A stretch of DNA of 46,264 bases from NCBI RefSeq assembly GCF_006345805.1, contig NW_021834842.1:1-46264 (forward strand). The letters are read 5' to 3'. The translations under genes were made by a program, and so were the position numbers. Source of the stretch: Octopus sinensis. Taxonomy: Eukaryota. The notes beneath the pieces were generated by a model, which saw only the letters and a list, made by a program, of their open reading frames with translations, did no database searches and was not told where the DNA came from. Below, piece after piece: positions 1-11,886 of this stretch (positions are counted from its first letter, which is position 1; every line of letters starts with the position of its first letter).

Positions 1-289
1 TTTAAAAGTATTTGTTTTTTATTATTCACTCGCCCATCTTGATGGAAACTTCCATTAGGTACGTTTTGCATTCGTATCGTTTCACACTTGTCCTCTATTT
101 AAACGTAAACCTCTTGGTTTGATAGTTCAATCAGCACCTGATGAACGTACTTATAAACGTGTAGCTATTAGCAGCGTACATAATGCACGTATTATGAAAC
201 ATTCATAGTAATATTAGACCCTCATTAGATGGAGTACTCTTCTTATTGACTTTTACACAAATTAATTTCCTGTATATATATATAAATAT

Positions 290-540
290 AAATAATATAT
301 AAAAATATGCATATATACATACATATATGTACATATCTACATATGTATGTATATTTACATGCATATATGGGTACAGGACATCAAAAATAAAACGTTGAAC
401 ACAATGAGAAACGAAAACGTAAAAACAAAAACATAGAAACGAACTTTTTTTAGAACAACGAGAAAAACAGAGAAACGAGACATGCAACATAAAGAATATT
501 CCCCTTCTTCAGTTGTCCCTGTTTCATCTATTCCGCGTTG
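290..540 (-). mobile_element. Non-coding repeat with decayed HHR-like core (probable Penelope-like terminal repeat), copy 1
   Basis: Minus strand reads CAA-CTGAAGA-AGGGGAATATTCTTT...; clearly homologous to 2931-3190 (ORF track shows EEGEYSL..VVLKKVRF vs DEGEFSL..VVKKVRF). Confidence 0.5.
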
Positions 541-1111
541 TATGTATGTATGTATGTATGTATGTATGTATGTATGTATGTTATGTATGTAATGTATGTA
601 TATACGGAGCATATAATTCAGGAGAAAAGATATTTGCGAAGATATCATTGACTTTATTATTACCTAGTGTAATAATTAAAAATGATAAGAACAGAATCTA
701 TAATATAGACGATTACAGGTCCTTCCCAAAAAAGCATTAAATAGCTGAAGGATTAAAATTAATCAAAGGACATACTAAGTATGTCTACCTGCTGGAAATA
801 ACAGTCAAAACTCTCATTTAAATCGTCAATGTATATATATATATATGAATACATTCTTGACGTCATAAGAATTTTATAAACTTTTGAGAGAACACTAAAT
901 TCTTTTTAGGAATAGCTCGAAGTACGCACATAAAACTATAAATAATTGCATGCAAATGCAGGAAATATAGGTTAGCGGCCCCAAAGGCATCCTTCAAATT
1001 TTTCTATCCAGAAGGGTTTTTCAACGCAATAATTTATATGCTGTTATTTATAGCTTTATGAGATTTTCCAAAATAGAAATACATAAGTATATGTACATAA
1101 ATATAAGGTAA

Positions 1112-1228
1112 TCAGACAGATAGACAGACGGACGGACAGACAAACAGACACACGAATGGACGGATGGATGGAAAACAGACAGAGAGACAAACAGTTAAAT
1201 AGATAGATAGATAGATAGATAGATAGAC

Positions 1229-1269
<41 letters not shown>

Positions 1270-1347
1270 CATACATACATACATACATACATACATACAT
1301 ACATACATACATACATACATACATGCATACATACAAATATACATACA
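1112..1347. repeat. Compound (GACA)/(GATA)/(CATA)n microsatellite
   Basis: Tetranucleotide runs seen directly. Confidence 0.95.
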
Positions 1348-1349
1348 TG

Positions 1350-1687
1350 CTGAGACCCACGTCGGTCATGACTGACCGTGGGATTGCACCTAGAAAGTTA
1401 CCCTCCCAGGCACAAGTCCGGGCAAGGTTGTTTATGGAAGACCAGCAGTCGCCCATGCATACCGGCTTCCCCTCTCCACCCCACCAGTGTTATCCAAGGG
1501 AAAGGCAAGAGCCGATACAGCCTGGCATCTGTGACGTCACAACTCATTTCTACAGCTGAGTAAACTGAAGCAACGTGAAATAAAGTGTCTTGCTCAAGAA
1601 CACAACAGGCAGCCCGGTCAGGGATTCGAACTCACAACCTCACGATCGTAAGCTCGACGCTCTAACCACTGAACCATGCGCTTTCAC
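1350..1687 (-). mobile_element. tRNA-derived SINE, family B with alternative 3' tail (B2)
   Basis: Minus strand has A box TGGTTCAGTGG and B box GTTCGAATCC, then CORE-like TTGAGCAAGACACTTTATTTCACGTTGC; colinear with 24355-24632. Confidence 0.85.
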
Positions 1688-1762
1688 ATATAGGCATACA
1701 TACATACATACATACATACATACATACATACATACATACATACATACATACATACATACATA

Positions 1763-2420
1763 CATAGTGTTCGGGAAAATTTTGACAGCTTGCATAACCT
1801 CATCTAAAAAAGCACATTAGAAAAATCGAAAACAGGAAACTAGATTATGACTGGGAGATAAGAGTTTATTCAAAGTTCCAACCCTTTACTTCCACCGCGG
1901 CCTCAAAACATCTCCGGAACCTGGCGCGTGCGTCCCTCACTGTACCTCTGGGAAGACCTTCAAACATTTCGGCCTTGGTGTTGCCAGCAGAGCGGTTGAT
2001 GTATTTCTCAACTGCACCCCGCACATAGTAGTCCATGGGATTACAACCAGGAGTGTTGAGAGACCAGAAATTGGGGCTGTTGAAGTCGTAGTAATTCTCC
2101 GGCAACCACTTCCGATTCTTTCTGGAGAAAAGGCAAGGAGCTGAATCCTACTGCCACAAATATCGCCTTCCAGTAGCAACATTCTCCATCAGCTTCACAT
2201 AGCCATCTTAATTGATTCTTATGCCATGTTCAAAGGATGTGTAGATGAAACCTGGCGTAAGAGTGCCTCCTGCGTCTCTTCAACAAGAAGGGGCACAACT
2301 ACGACTTCGTAGTCTCCGTTGCAGCTGTCCCTGTCACATCTTACAGTGTTTGCAGTGTTTACAAAGCATTGAGCAGCAGACATGATATCGGCATTCTGAT
2401 ATACCTCATACAAAGCATCA
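1763..2420 (-). mobile_element. Decayed Tc1/mariner-superfamily transposon (maT/DD37D-like C-terminus)
   Basis: Translation FWSLNTPGCNPMDYYVRGAVEK...RFRRCFEAAVEVKG matches the WPxxSPDxNPxDxxxWG motif; upstream WQ*DSAP; stops and frameshifts present. Confidence 0.75.
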
Positions 2421-2475
2421 TGGAGCTGTTAACTCGTTTCTAGCATTCGGATGTCTTCAAGTTCTAAAATTTCAT

Positions 2476-2578
2476 GGCTGCATGGTAAGAAGCTTGTTTT
2501 CCAACCAAATAGTTCCGGGATCCAGTCCCATTGTGTGGCACCTTGAGCAAGTGTCCTCTACTTTAGCTTCGGGCTGAC
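2476..2578 (+). mobile_element. SINE family C, 5' fragment
   Basis: TGGTAAGAAGCTTG..CCAACCA..GTTCCGGG..CAGTCCCA..GTGGCACCTTGAGCAAGTGTC, as in 25166-25655. Confidence 0.75.
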
Positions 2579-2619
2579 ACATCGCATGGTCGTAATTAAA
2601 TTAATGAAACAAGTTAAAA

Positions 2620-2620
2620 G

Positions 2621-2655
<35 letters not shown>

Positions 2656-2797
2656 CATATGTATATATGTATGTATTTATGTATACATACACACACACAT
2701 ATAAATATATGCATGTATATACACAAACCACACACGCACACACACACACCCCACCACACATATATATATATAGATATATCATACACATATATATATA

Positions 2798-2836
<39 letters not shown>

Positions 2837-2873
2837 TATATATACATACATACATATATATATATATATATTA

Positions 2874-2928
<55 letters not shown>

Positions 2929-2930
2929 AT
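2620..2930. repeat. (TA)n/(CA)n microsatellite block
   Basis: Seen directly. Confidence 0.95.
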
Positions 2931-3190
2931 GAGTCGAACCAGGGCAGCTGATGAAGGGGAATTTTCCTTGAATTGTTGGTCCTGTACTCTGTTTTTCGTT
3001 GTTAAAAAAGTCCGTTTCCTTGTTTGATTTTATGTTTTCGTTTCTCGTTGTGTTCTACGTTATTTGTGGTGTCCTGTACTCATATATATATATATGCTTG
3101 TATATATACATGTAGATGTAAGTACGTACATATATGTATGTATATATGCATATATTTTATTTATTTATTATATCGTTATTATATATATAC
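2931..3190 (+). mobile_element. Non-coding repeat with decayed HHR-like core (probable Penelope-like terminal repeat), copy 2
   Basis: CAG-CTGATGA-AGGGGAATTTTCCTT-GAAT-TGTTG-GTC-CTG; homologous to 290-540 in opposite orientation; starts right after a (TA)n run. Confidence 0.5.
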
Positions 3191-3664
3191 TTAGTTCGAT
3201 TTGAAAACCCCACTAGAATGAGAGAAAGCGCAAATACATGATCTAAGTTCTATGATCTATAAAAACATGTAATATACAAATAAATATCTGTAAATATAAA
3301 ACCATTTCTGAGTACCTCATTTCTTCTAATATAAAATACCTGTACATCATCTCGAAACCTTCCAATATATATGATTTTGACTGCTATTTCCAGTTCGTTT
3401 TCGACCTCATAATTCGCTAATTTGTTGTCTCATATGGTGTATCATTAATGGAGGAGGGCGGTATGTGAGCAGAAAGGTTGTGGTGTCTTACGACTGCCTG
3501 TGTGTCTGTATGCATGTCTGCCTGTATGATTGTGTGTCTACGTATTGTGGGACGAGGAGGATGCAATCCATTATTGGAAGTTGTATTCGGTTTTGTAAAG
3601 TGGCGCCATCCTTTCATTCAACTGTCATGTCTTGACAATGGGTAATCTGAAACGACTGTCCGCC

Positions 3665-4147
3665 ATTGTGGTGGTGTTCTTGCTGTTGTTAGTGATGGTA
3701 CTGGCGGTGCTGTTCCTGTTGATGATTGGAGCAGTGGTGTTGGTGGTGGTGTTGTTGTTGTTGTTGATGTTGGTGGTGGTGGTGGTGGTGGTGGTAGTGG
3801 TGGTAGTGGTGGTGGCAGTGGTGGTAGCAGTGGTGGTGGTGGTGATGGTGATGGTGGTGGTGATGGTGGTGGTGGTGGTTGTGGTGGTCGCAACGGTGGT
3901 GGTGGCGGTCGTCGTCGTTGGTGATGGTGATGGTGGTGGTGGAGGGTGTGGAGATGTTGGAGATGGCGGTAGAGGTTAATGTGATGGTTTGGCGGTGATG
4001 GCGATGGTGGTTGGTGTGGTGGTAATGGTGCTAGCGGTGGTAATTGGTGGCGGTGGTGATGATGTTAATGTTGATAGCACCGGAGCTAATGTTGAAGAGG
4101 CGCATGTCGAGATGATGATAATGATGGCGACGGTGGTGATGTGATGG

Positions 4148-4179
<32 letters not shown>

Positions 4180-4207
4180 GTAGTGGTGGTGGTGGTGGTG
4201 GTGGTGG

Positions 4208-4244
<37 letters not shown>

Positions 4245-4333
4245 AACGACAACGAGGAGGAGGTGGGGAAGAAGGAGGAGGAGGAAAAGAACGAGCAGGG
4301 AAACGAGGAAAAGCAGAGGGAGGGGGAGGAGGT
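3665..4333. repeat. Degenerate trinucleotide tract (GGT/GTT/GAT/GAG)n
   Basis: Seen directly; source of the poly-P, poly-V and poly-M ORFs. Confidence 0.95.
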
Positions 4334-4364
4334 AAGCCTAAATATTAGCGATGATTGTGGTCAT

Positions 4365-4490
4365 GAAATTTCATGGATTAGTGGTTATTGTGTGTGAAGG
4401 GCTCACTATCATAAATATGATCGTGAGTTCAATTTTTAGGCTAGTATGCGTGTTGTGTCCTTGGGCAAGGCGCTTCACTCAACCGAAAAT
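4365..4490 (+). mobile_element. Degenerate SINE family B head and core
   Basis: TGGATTAGTGG...ATCGTGAGTTCAATT...GTTGTGTCCTTGGGCAAGGCGCTT. Confidence 0.6.
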
Positions 4491-4856
4491 GAGTGTTACC
4501 CGTTCTCCCTTCAACAGTAATGTACTAGATGTTTTGCTTGGTCAAAGTGGATGTCTATGTCGCCTCGCGACTTCACAGGCAGCTAAAAAAAATTAGCGAA
4601 AGAATGATACATATTGCAATGTCATACTCGTTCATGGGGGACAAACAGTTGTTATCGATGCAAAAGAGAGGGCTATGATGCAATATAAATGAAAAGGATG
4701 TTTTGAAATCAGGAAGTGAAATAAAATGACGTGGATTGTTCCGTAGATTTAATAAAGCTACAAAATTAGTAATAAATTGTCGTAATCATGGCAGATATAG
4801 TTATCGATCTGCAAAGAGTTTGGAGTTATAAATAAGAGCTTGTAGATTTATTGGTA

Positions 4857-4942
4857 GATTCATAAGTTCGGGGTAACTCGAGCTGATGAGCCAAAACAAT
4901 TTCGAAACTCGGATGTCCCAGAGTCACTTGCGCTTACGAATC
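4857..4942 (+). ncRNA. Type I hammerhead ribozyme-like motif (imperfect)
   Basis: CTGATGA 4883-4889, GAAAC 4904-4908, stem III CTCGG/CCAGAG, GTC 4923-4925; stem I CGAG/CTTG plus distal GATTCATAAG/CTTACGAATC. Stem II is weak and one extra A follows GTC. Confidence 0.55.
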
Positions 4943-5175
4943 GATCGTGTTATGAACACACTTTCTTCGTAAAATAGTTTCTCCGCTGAGGAAATATAAG
5001 AGCGATTAGTATATTCTCGTTTGAATCCGTCGAAACGAATTAAGACTGTATTTGCAAGACATGGCACAAAATTATTGTTAGTTAAGTAGTTTCAAGTACT
5101 ACAGTAGCGAACAATGGACATAGCAGCTAATGTTAGGTTGTGGAAGTTCAGAAATTCCTCATACTTAGAATAAAT

Positions 5176-5230
5176 ACACGTGGGGTGTATGAAAAGTTTT
5201 GAGCCTTCAAGGCCTTGGAGCCTTGAAGTC

Positions 5231-5232
<2 letters not shown>
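5176..5232 (+). mobile_element. Mariner-type MITE, left TIR fragment
   Basis: CGTGGGGTGTATGAAAAGTTTTGAGCCTTCA is nearly identical to the left end of 33309-33444; truncated by (GT)n. Confidence 0.75.
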
Positions 5233-5285
<53 letters not shown>

Positions 5286-5656
5286 TGTGTATGTATACAC
5301 ACGCACACATATATAGGCAATAACGTATTCGTTGTGACTATTTTCTGTTCTTCATTATGTTCGAATAAGAATTTTAGTACTTTCTTAGATATAACATCTT
5401 TATACATCCTTTGGTGTTGTACAAACTATTCGTATAACACCTGCTTAGCTAAATCATTAATGAAGGATACTTTGTGTTTATAAATTTTGGGTTCCATGTA
5501 GCTTCGGTAAATTTATTTTTCAGAAGAAATTATAGTACTACACTGCGACTCCACAAGCAAACAAAGAGATAATTTCACAAAATAATATGTCGTGTAATAT
5601 ACGATTGTATAGATTCCGTTATAATCACATTATAATCTAACAATTTAAATTTTTAA

Positions 5657-5710
<54 letters not shown>

Positions 5711-5746
5711 TGTGTGTGGTGTGTGTGTAGTATGTATGTATATATA

Positions 5747-6130
5747 TACTCTTTTACTCTTTTATTTGTTTTAGTCATTTGACTGCGGCCATGCTGGAGT
5801 ACCACCTTTAGTCGAGCAAATCGACCCCAGAACTCCTTCTTTGGAAGCCTAGTGCTTGTTCTATCGGTCTCTTTTGCCGAACCGCTAAATTACGGGGACG
5901 TAAACACACCAGCATCGGCTGTCAAGCGATCTTGGTGGGACAAACACAGAAACACAAACATATACACACACACACATACATATATAAACACATATCTACG
6001 ACAGGCTTCTTTCAGTTTCCGTCTACCAAATCCACTTACAAGGTTTTGGTCGGCCCGAGGCTATAGTAGAAGACACTTGCCCATGATGCCACGCAGTAGG
6101 AATGAACTCGGAACCATGTGGTTGGTAAGC
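5747..6130 (-). mobile_element. SINE family C, head-truncated
   Basis: Colinear with full copy 38519-38931 (GACTGCGGCCATGCTGGAG ... CGTCTACCAAATCCAC ... GGAACCATGTGGTTGGTAAGC). Confidence 0.9.
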
Positions 6131-6163
6131 ATTCCTGCGTCTAACAAAAAAAAATTGCCATGT

Positions 6164-6231
6164 AGCCCCCTGTGAGAATTGAACTCACGATCCGTGGATT
6201 ACAAGACCAGTGCTCTAACCTCTGAGCTATA
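6164..6231 (-). pseudogene. tRNA-Thr(UGU) pseudogene lacking the first ~5 nt
   Basis: Minus strand TATAGCTCAGAGGTTAGAGCACTGGTCTTGTAATCCACGGATCGTGAGTTCAATTCTCACAGGGGGCT: D arm, CTTGTAA anticodon loop and T arm present. 5' GCCCC acceptor strand absent, anticodon stem mismatched, T-run ~10 nt downstream. Confidence 0.8.
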
Positions 6232-6675
6232 TTTATACATATATATATATACAAATATACTTGCAAGCAGATTTACAAATTGCATGTTTACAAATATATA
6301 CATTGACACACTTACATACAGAATTGTACATATGCACACATATTCATATATGCATTATGAATAGATAGATAAATAAATAAGAGAGAGATTTTTTATATGC
6401 GTACACATACATACACACACAGATATGTACGATGGTATGTAGACATATGTATATTCACATATATATGTATGTGTATAGATATATATAATATAATATATAT
6501 ATATATATATAATATATATATATATACATATATATAAATTCATTCAAATATATATGTATACATATATATGTATATCTGGTATATATACTAATACATATAT
6601 ATATACATACAATCATACGTATACACATGTACACATATATATGATATATAATACATAAAATATTTACATACATAA

Positions 6676-6720
<45 letters not shown>

Positions 6721-6729
6721 ATATATATA

Positions 6730-7926
6730 TTGGGTCATCCCATAAATAATGTGGTTTTTTCAATTGCATGAACTATAAATCGGATGAGGATGGGATAAAC
6801 TACTTGCATCAGCTCGCTATAAAAGCGGGTAGTAATTTTACCTTGTACTTATTCTTAGTGCAAACTTCGAAGGGTGCGGTTCGATTCAAAGTTATAATCG
6901 AAGTGGCAAAGGAGCATATTCGGCATATTTTGCTTTACAAAGGCAACAACGCAATAGAAATTGCGAGGAATAGTATGCAGTATATAGGGATCGGACAATA
7001 AGCGTAAACCAGTGTCAACGGTGGTTCCAGAAATTCCGAGCCGGAAACTACAGCCTAGAAAATGTGCCCCGTCCTGGAAGATCTGTAGAGCTCGACGAGA
7101 ACGTCCTGCAAACCCTGGTGGAACAAAATCCCATCGTAAATGTTGAGGAACTAGCAAAGAAACTTAGTTTTCGTCATTCTATCATTCATAGACACTTGAA
7201 TGCCATCGGAAAACTCAGCAAATTGGGTCAATGGTTTCCTCGCAAACTTTCCGAGTCTAATCGAACGCTTTTCTTTGCTATCACGTCTCACAAATGAACT
7301 TTTTTTTTGGAGTGAATAGTAACTGGTAACGAGAAATGGGTTCTCTATAAGTGGGTAGGGAAAAGATAAACACCAGTACCCCAGGCTAAATAAGGACTTC
7401 ACCCACATTACCTGACTGGTGAGATATGAAAGGTTTTGTCCATTATGAACATTTAAATCGAAACCAAACGATAGCAAAGGAGATCTACGAGCTGCTTGAG
7501 CGGTTTAAGTCAACGCAAGAAAACGACCATCTTTGGTTTCAAGACGAAAGTGTTCTTCCATCAGGATAATGCTCAGCCACAGGGAAAATGACTTTCCAAA
7601 GGTTGGAACAGTTTGAATGAGAAACGATGCCCCACTTATCATATTCGCCAGACATTGCCCTATCTGATTATCATTATTCTGCGGACTTCAAAATCATTTA
7701 GACGAAAAGAATATGAATTCTGTAGACGAAGTCTAAACAGAACTGGCGGAGTAGTTTTCTTCACGGACAAGTGAATCTTGTAAGACGGGCCTTGCAAGTC
7801 TACCAGATAGATGGAAGAGCATTGTAGATAAGGAAGGATAGTATATTTTAAATTAAAAAGAGCTTTGTTTATCTCAATTTTGAATATAAAGTATAAAAAA
7901 AACGTATTATTTATGGGATGACCCAA
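6730..7926 (+). mobile_element. Near full-length mariner transposon, decayed
   Basis: TIRs TTGGGTCATCCCATAAATAAT ... ATTATTTATGGGATGACCCAA, TA on both sides; ~1.2 kb; internal transposase remnants. Confidence 0.95.
6898..7855 (+). pseudogene. Mariner transposase pseudogene
   Basis: Fragments EHIRHILLY, QRWFQKFRAG, PRPGRS, GQWFPRKL (WVPHEL motif), IVTGNEKWVLY, HQDNA, YSPDIALSDYH (YSPDLAPSD motif) across frameshifts. Confidence 0.92.
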
Positions 7927-7950
7927 TATAGGCATGGCAGTTGAAACTGC

Positions 7951-8160
7951 CGTGTTTGTGTGTGAATGTGTGTGTATGTTTGTGTTTGTGTGTGTGTGTT
8001 CTTGTGTTTGTGTTTGTGTGTGTGAGTGTGTTCTTGTGTTTGTGTGTATTTGTTTGTGTATATTTGTTTGTGTGTGTGAGAGAGTGTGTGTGGGAGTGTG
8101 TGTGTGTGAGTGTGTGTGTGTATGTGTGTGTGTGTGTATGTTTATGTGTGTGTGTGAGGT
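7951..8160. repeat. Degenerate (GT)n microsatellite
   Basis: Seen directly. Confidence 0.95.
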
Positions 8161-8597
8161 GTTAGTTCATCAAAGAAACATGCATTGCAGTTTAAACTAC
8201 CCCAAGATGGCTATGGCTGATAAGAAGCTGCAAGTGGAACCCTTCCGTGAAAACCAGCTCAGTCCTTGCAGCTCCACTCAGTTGAAGTATGCAGGCTTGT
8301 GACCTTGAAATACCTACGGACAAAGTAGAAGAGTTCTCAGCATTCAAATGAATTTAGAAGGGTTTCCAGCATTGAAAAAAACACCTCTGAGTAGCGAACG
8401 TTAGGAAGAGGAAAAGAACAAGTGGAAAACTAAGGTGGACGTAGCACTGTATGTTACAGGTCGATATGATAACGTTTGAATTTGGACTGAGCGAAGCCAG
8501 GAGGAAGGCAAGCAGTAGAGATTTCTGGAAACCTTGTTGTCGGTTGTACAGAGAGCGCTGGGGGATTTAAGAGCTAATTGATGTAAGTATGTACACA

Positions 8598-8813
8598 CTA
8601 AGGGTTGCTGAATCGTTCCTAGATTTTAGAATGTCGCGAAAAGCCTGGCTAGAGGCAAAACCTTCCGAGTTCTTTTACAGGGTTTAGGAAAACTGAAGGC
8701 CACTGTAATACGTTTGTGAATCTGAGAAGGGAATATGTTGAATGAAATCATAATTAACTGGTTCTCTTGTAATTTCTTTTACCCAAAGTTAGGAAATTTT
8801 CAGCAGCTCCTCG
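8598..8813 (+). mobile_element. Internally deleted mariner (MITE-like)
   Basis: Imperfect TIRs AGGGTTGCTGAATCGTTCCTA / TAGGAAATTTTCAGCAGCTCCTCG followed by TA; interior translates like a mariner C-terminus (WLEAKPSEFF...GLGKL...VNLRREYVE*). Confidence 0.75.
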
Positions 8814-8850
8814 TATGTATGAATGATTGCATGAATATATGTATGTATAC

Positions 8851-10150
8851 CCGAGGAGGGTATTTACATAAAATACCGACCAACAGGGAATGTTTTTAAT
8901 CTGACCAGGGTGAAATTGAAAACTAAGGTTTTCACTTCACTCATTAGGGAACTCCTATTCACTGGCGATTGCAATTCAGCCACTCACTCTGAAACAGGCC
9001 TGCAATCTCTTGTATCTGCATTTGACTCAACTTGTGATGATTTTGGCTTGACCATCAACTTGAAAAAAACAAACAGTTGTAATGTATCAACCTGCATGTG
9101 GTGCTGTTTGCAACCCTGCTAAAATTTTTACTATGGTAAGTTACTTGAGATTGTTGGTCCTTTCATCTACCTTGGAATCTCTATACAAAATGATGGAAAC
9201 CTGGACACAGAAATACATCTGCGAATTCAAAGGGCAGCACAAGCATTTTGTGGTTTAGAGTCACGAGTTTGGCGCCAGCGTCATATAAATAACAACACAA
9301 AATTGGCTCTTTACAAATCGTTTGTCTTGCCAACCCTATTATATACTGAAACATGGACATGTTATGAAAGGCATTTCAAATTGTTAGAACAATTCCACTA
9401 ACAATGCTTTCGTCGCATTTCAAGCATTAAATGGAGTTCTTTTATTCCAAACACAGATGTCCTTGCATCTGCAGGTATCACTTCAATTAAAGCAATGATT
9501 CTGAAAAACAAATGACATGGTGTAGCCATATCGTTCGAATGGAGGATAAACGCACATCCAAACAACTACTTATGGTGAGCTTGCAGAAGGGAAATACTAT
9601 CGGTGTAAACCTAAAAGAAGCTTAAGGACGGCATAAGGACTACCATGGAGTCACTTGGAATAGATCTAGGGGACATAGAAACCCTTGCTTAGGATCGAGG
9701 TGGATGGCGAACAAAAGTATGGAGTGGAGTGAAAGCGTTTGAAGAGGCCAGAATAACGCATGCAAGACTCGAGAGAGATTTAAAGCAGAATGTTACGATC
9801 GAGAAGGTGAATCACAATGACCTTTTTGTGCGCACAGTTCGCGACAGACCATGCCTTTCTTTTGTAGGGCTCATATCACATTCGCGGACCCAGGAAAAAC
9901 GAACCTCCACCAACTATTCTGCCTATATGTCTGTGTGCACCTTTCAATGCCATGTATGCCAAAAGGTCTGCAAATCTATTGAGGCCTCAAAAGACATTTT
10001 AAGATCCACAAAGATCAGAACTTAAATGCAGATATTTGATTTATGTGGGTGTCTTTTCAAAAGATTATCTGGTTTAAAAGCCACATCAGTCGCCACGATG
10101 GCTCTAAGTTGAGGGTACAGGAGGTAGTCATAAGGAGTAGACAACCACCA
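8851..10150 (+). mobile_element. 5'-truncated RTE (BovB-like) LINE: RT C-terminal half plus C2H2-like tail, pseudogenised
   Basis: IRELLFTGDC (LLFADD motif), FGLTINLKKT, FIYLG, KLALYKSFVLPTLLY, ETWT, HIVRMEDKR.SKQLLYGEL, CHVCQKVCKS; several stops and frameshifts. Confidence 0.92.
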
Positions 10151-11321
10151 TGTATGTATAAACTTGTGCATGGGTGTATGCGTGTGTATTTTAAGAGTAA
10201 GGCGACATTATATCGACCTGGCCTGTTACAAGTCTATCTCTCTACCTCTCACTCCCCCTCTCCTCTTCCTCTCTCTCATCTTCCCCTTTCTCTCTCTTGA
10301 TTTACGGGCGTGGACTCGCTTTAAGAGCAATTACAATTAATCATATACTAGAAAAGAAGAGAAGGAAAGGATCAGAAAGAGTTTAATTCCGTTCGTTTTT
10401 GTTTATTTGTTCTTTATTTTGGATCATTTATTTATTTCTTTATTTTTCCGTTGGAATTATTTCTTTAAAAAGAAAAAAAATGTGGCTTTATGCAAATTAT
10501 CAGGAAGAGAGAAAAGAAAAATTAGACTTTCTTTGGCATTTTATCCAAAATGTAAAATCTATACCAGCCAACATCGTAACCGATACATTGATCGATGTAA
10601 AATAACAAAACAAAAATCAAAAGCCAAAATGAAAAAAAACATCACCACGAAAATTCAAAGAAAAAGAAAACACCAACTACAGAAGCAAAATATAAACAGA
10701 TAAATAAATCCGCCATATTAGGAAAATTTTTCTTCTTGTATTTGCCTGTGGTTAATTTTTGCTTTTAATTTTTTTTAATCTTTATTGACATTCGCTACAA
10801 GTATTCATTTCATTGTCTTGTTTTAAGTTTCATATATATTTTTTTTAAATATAATCTATTTTTTCCAAATGATATTGTTTAATTATATTCAACACGTATT
10901 TATTTATTTTTTCAAGACTTTTTAAATAATTAGGCTCAAATAAATTTGAAACAATAACAATGATAACGAAAAGGAAAATAATTTTTATTACTACTACTAC
11001 TACTTCAAGTAAAACAATAAATTTCGAATTATTCGCTCCACTTAATCCTGTAACATCGAATTTGCGATCCGGATAATAATACCGTAGAAGTGGTGCAGGC
11101 TGGATTTGAATAATTGAGTGTAACTGGCATTTCCATGCGTCTTTATTTTAATTTTGAAATCAAATACAAATGCTCACGTGCGCATGCATATACACATACA
11201 CATATACACACAAAAGAATATACATCTGCAAGAGTGTATACAGGAACCAATCTATTTCTGTTTACTATTACCTCACGCGCTTTGGTATGAGAGTATGTGT
11301 GTGTGTGTGTATGTGTGTGTG

Positions 11322-11361
<40 letters not shown>

Positions 11362-11441
11362 TGTATGGTGCGTGCGTGCGTGCGATGGTTGTTGACTCAT
11401 ATTATGACTTTCCAAACGCCAGATATATATCTGTGTGTGTG

Positions 11442-11488
<47 letters not shown>

Positions 11489-11650
11489 TATATATATATT
11501 ATATATATTCATATAAATATAGTGTACATTTAAACACGTAAGCGGTATCCGTCATATGATTCCTGGCACGATAGGAGCAGCCAAAATCCAAACCACTATT
11601 AGGGATAAACTTCGAAGGGAATGAAAAATAGAAACATTTACCATTTATCT

Positions 11651-11719
11651 CCTGGACCATGGTTTCTGACTTTTTTTAGCAAATAACATAATTTGCTAGG
11701 CGAAGTCTTCATCAACAGG
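11651..11719 (-). ncRNA. Hammerhead-like motif (variant core), left arm
   Basis: CCTG-TTGATGA-AGACT..TAGCAAAT/ATTTGCTA..AGTCA-GAAAC-CATG-GTC-CAGG; stem I CCTG/CAGG, palindromic stem III ACCATGGT. Confidence 0.65.
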
Positions 11720-11818
11720 TACGCCTGGATTAAACATATAATTACGAGACAATCCAGCATGTGCCCTGTGCTTATACATTATGAGTTGCCTCGTACTTAT
11801 ATGTTTAATCTACGCATA

Positions 11819-11886
11819 CCTGTTGATGAAGACTTCGCCTAGCAAATTATTTTATTTGCTAAAAAAGTCAGAAACCATGGTTCAGG
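11819..11886 (+). ncRNA. Hammerhead-like motif (variant core), right arm
   Basis: Same layout as 11651-11719 but with GTT as the cleavage triplet. Confidence 0.6.

Noticed and set aside
3618-4335. Proline-, valine- and methionine-rich ORFs
   Set aside because: Translations of trinucleotide repeats open in several frames on both strands; no splice or domain evidence.
8400-8580. FGLSEARR peptide resembling a LINE endonuclease motif
   Set aside because: One short motif with no supporting flanking motifs; too weak to call.
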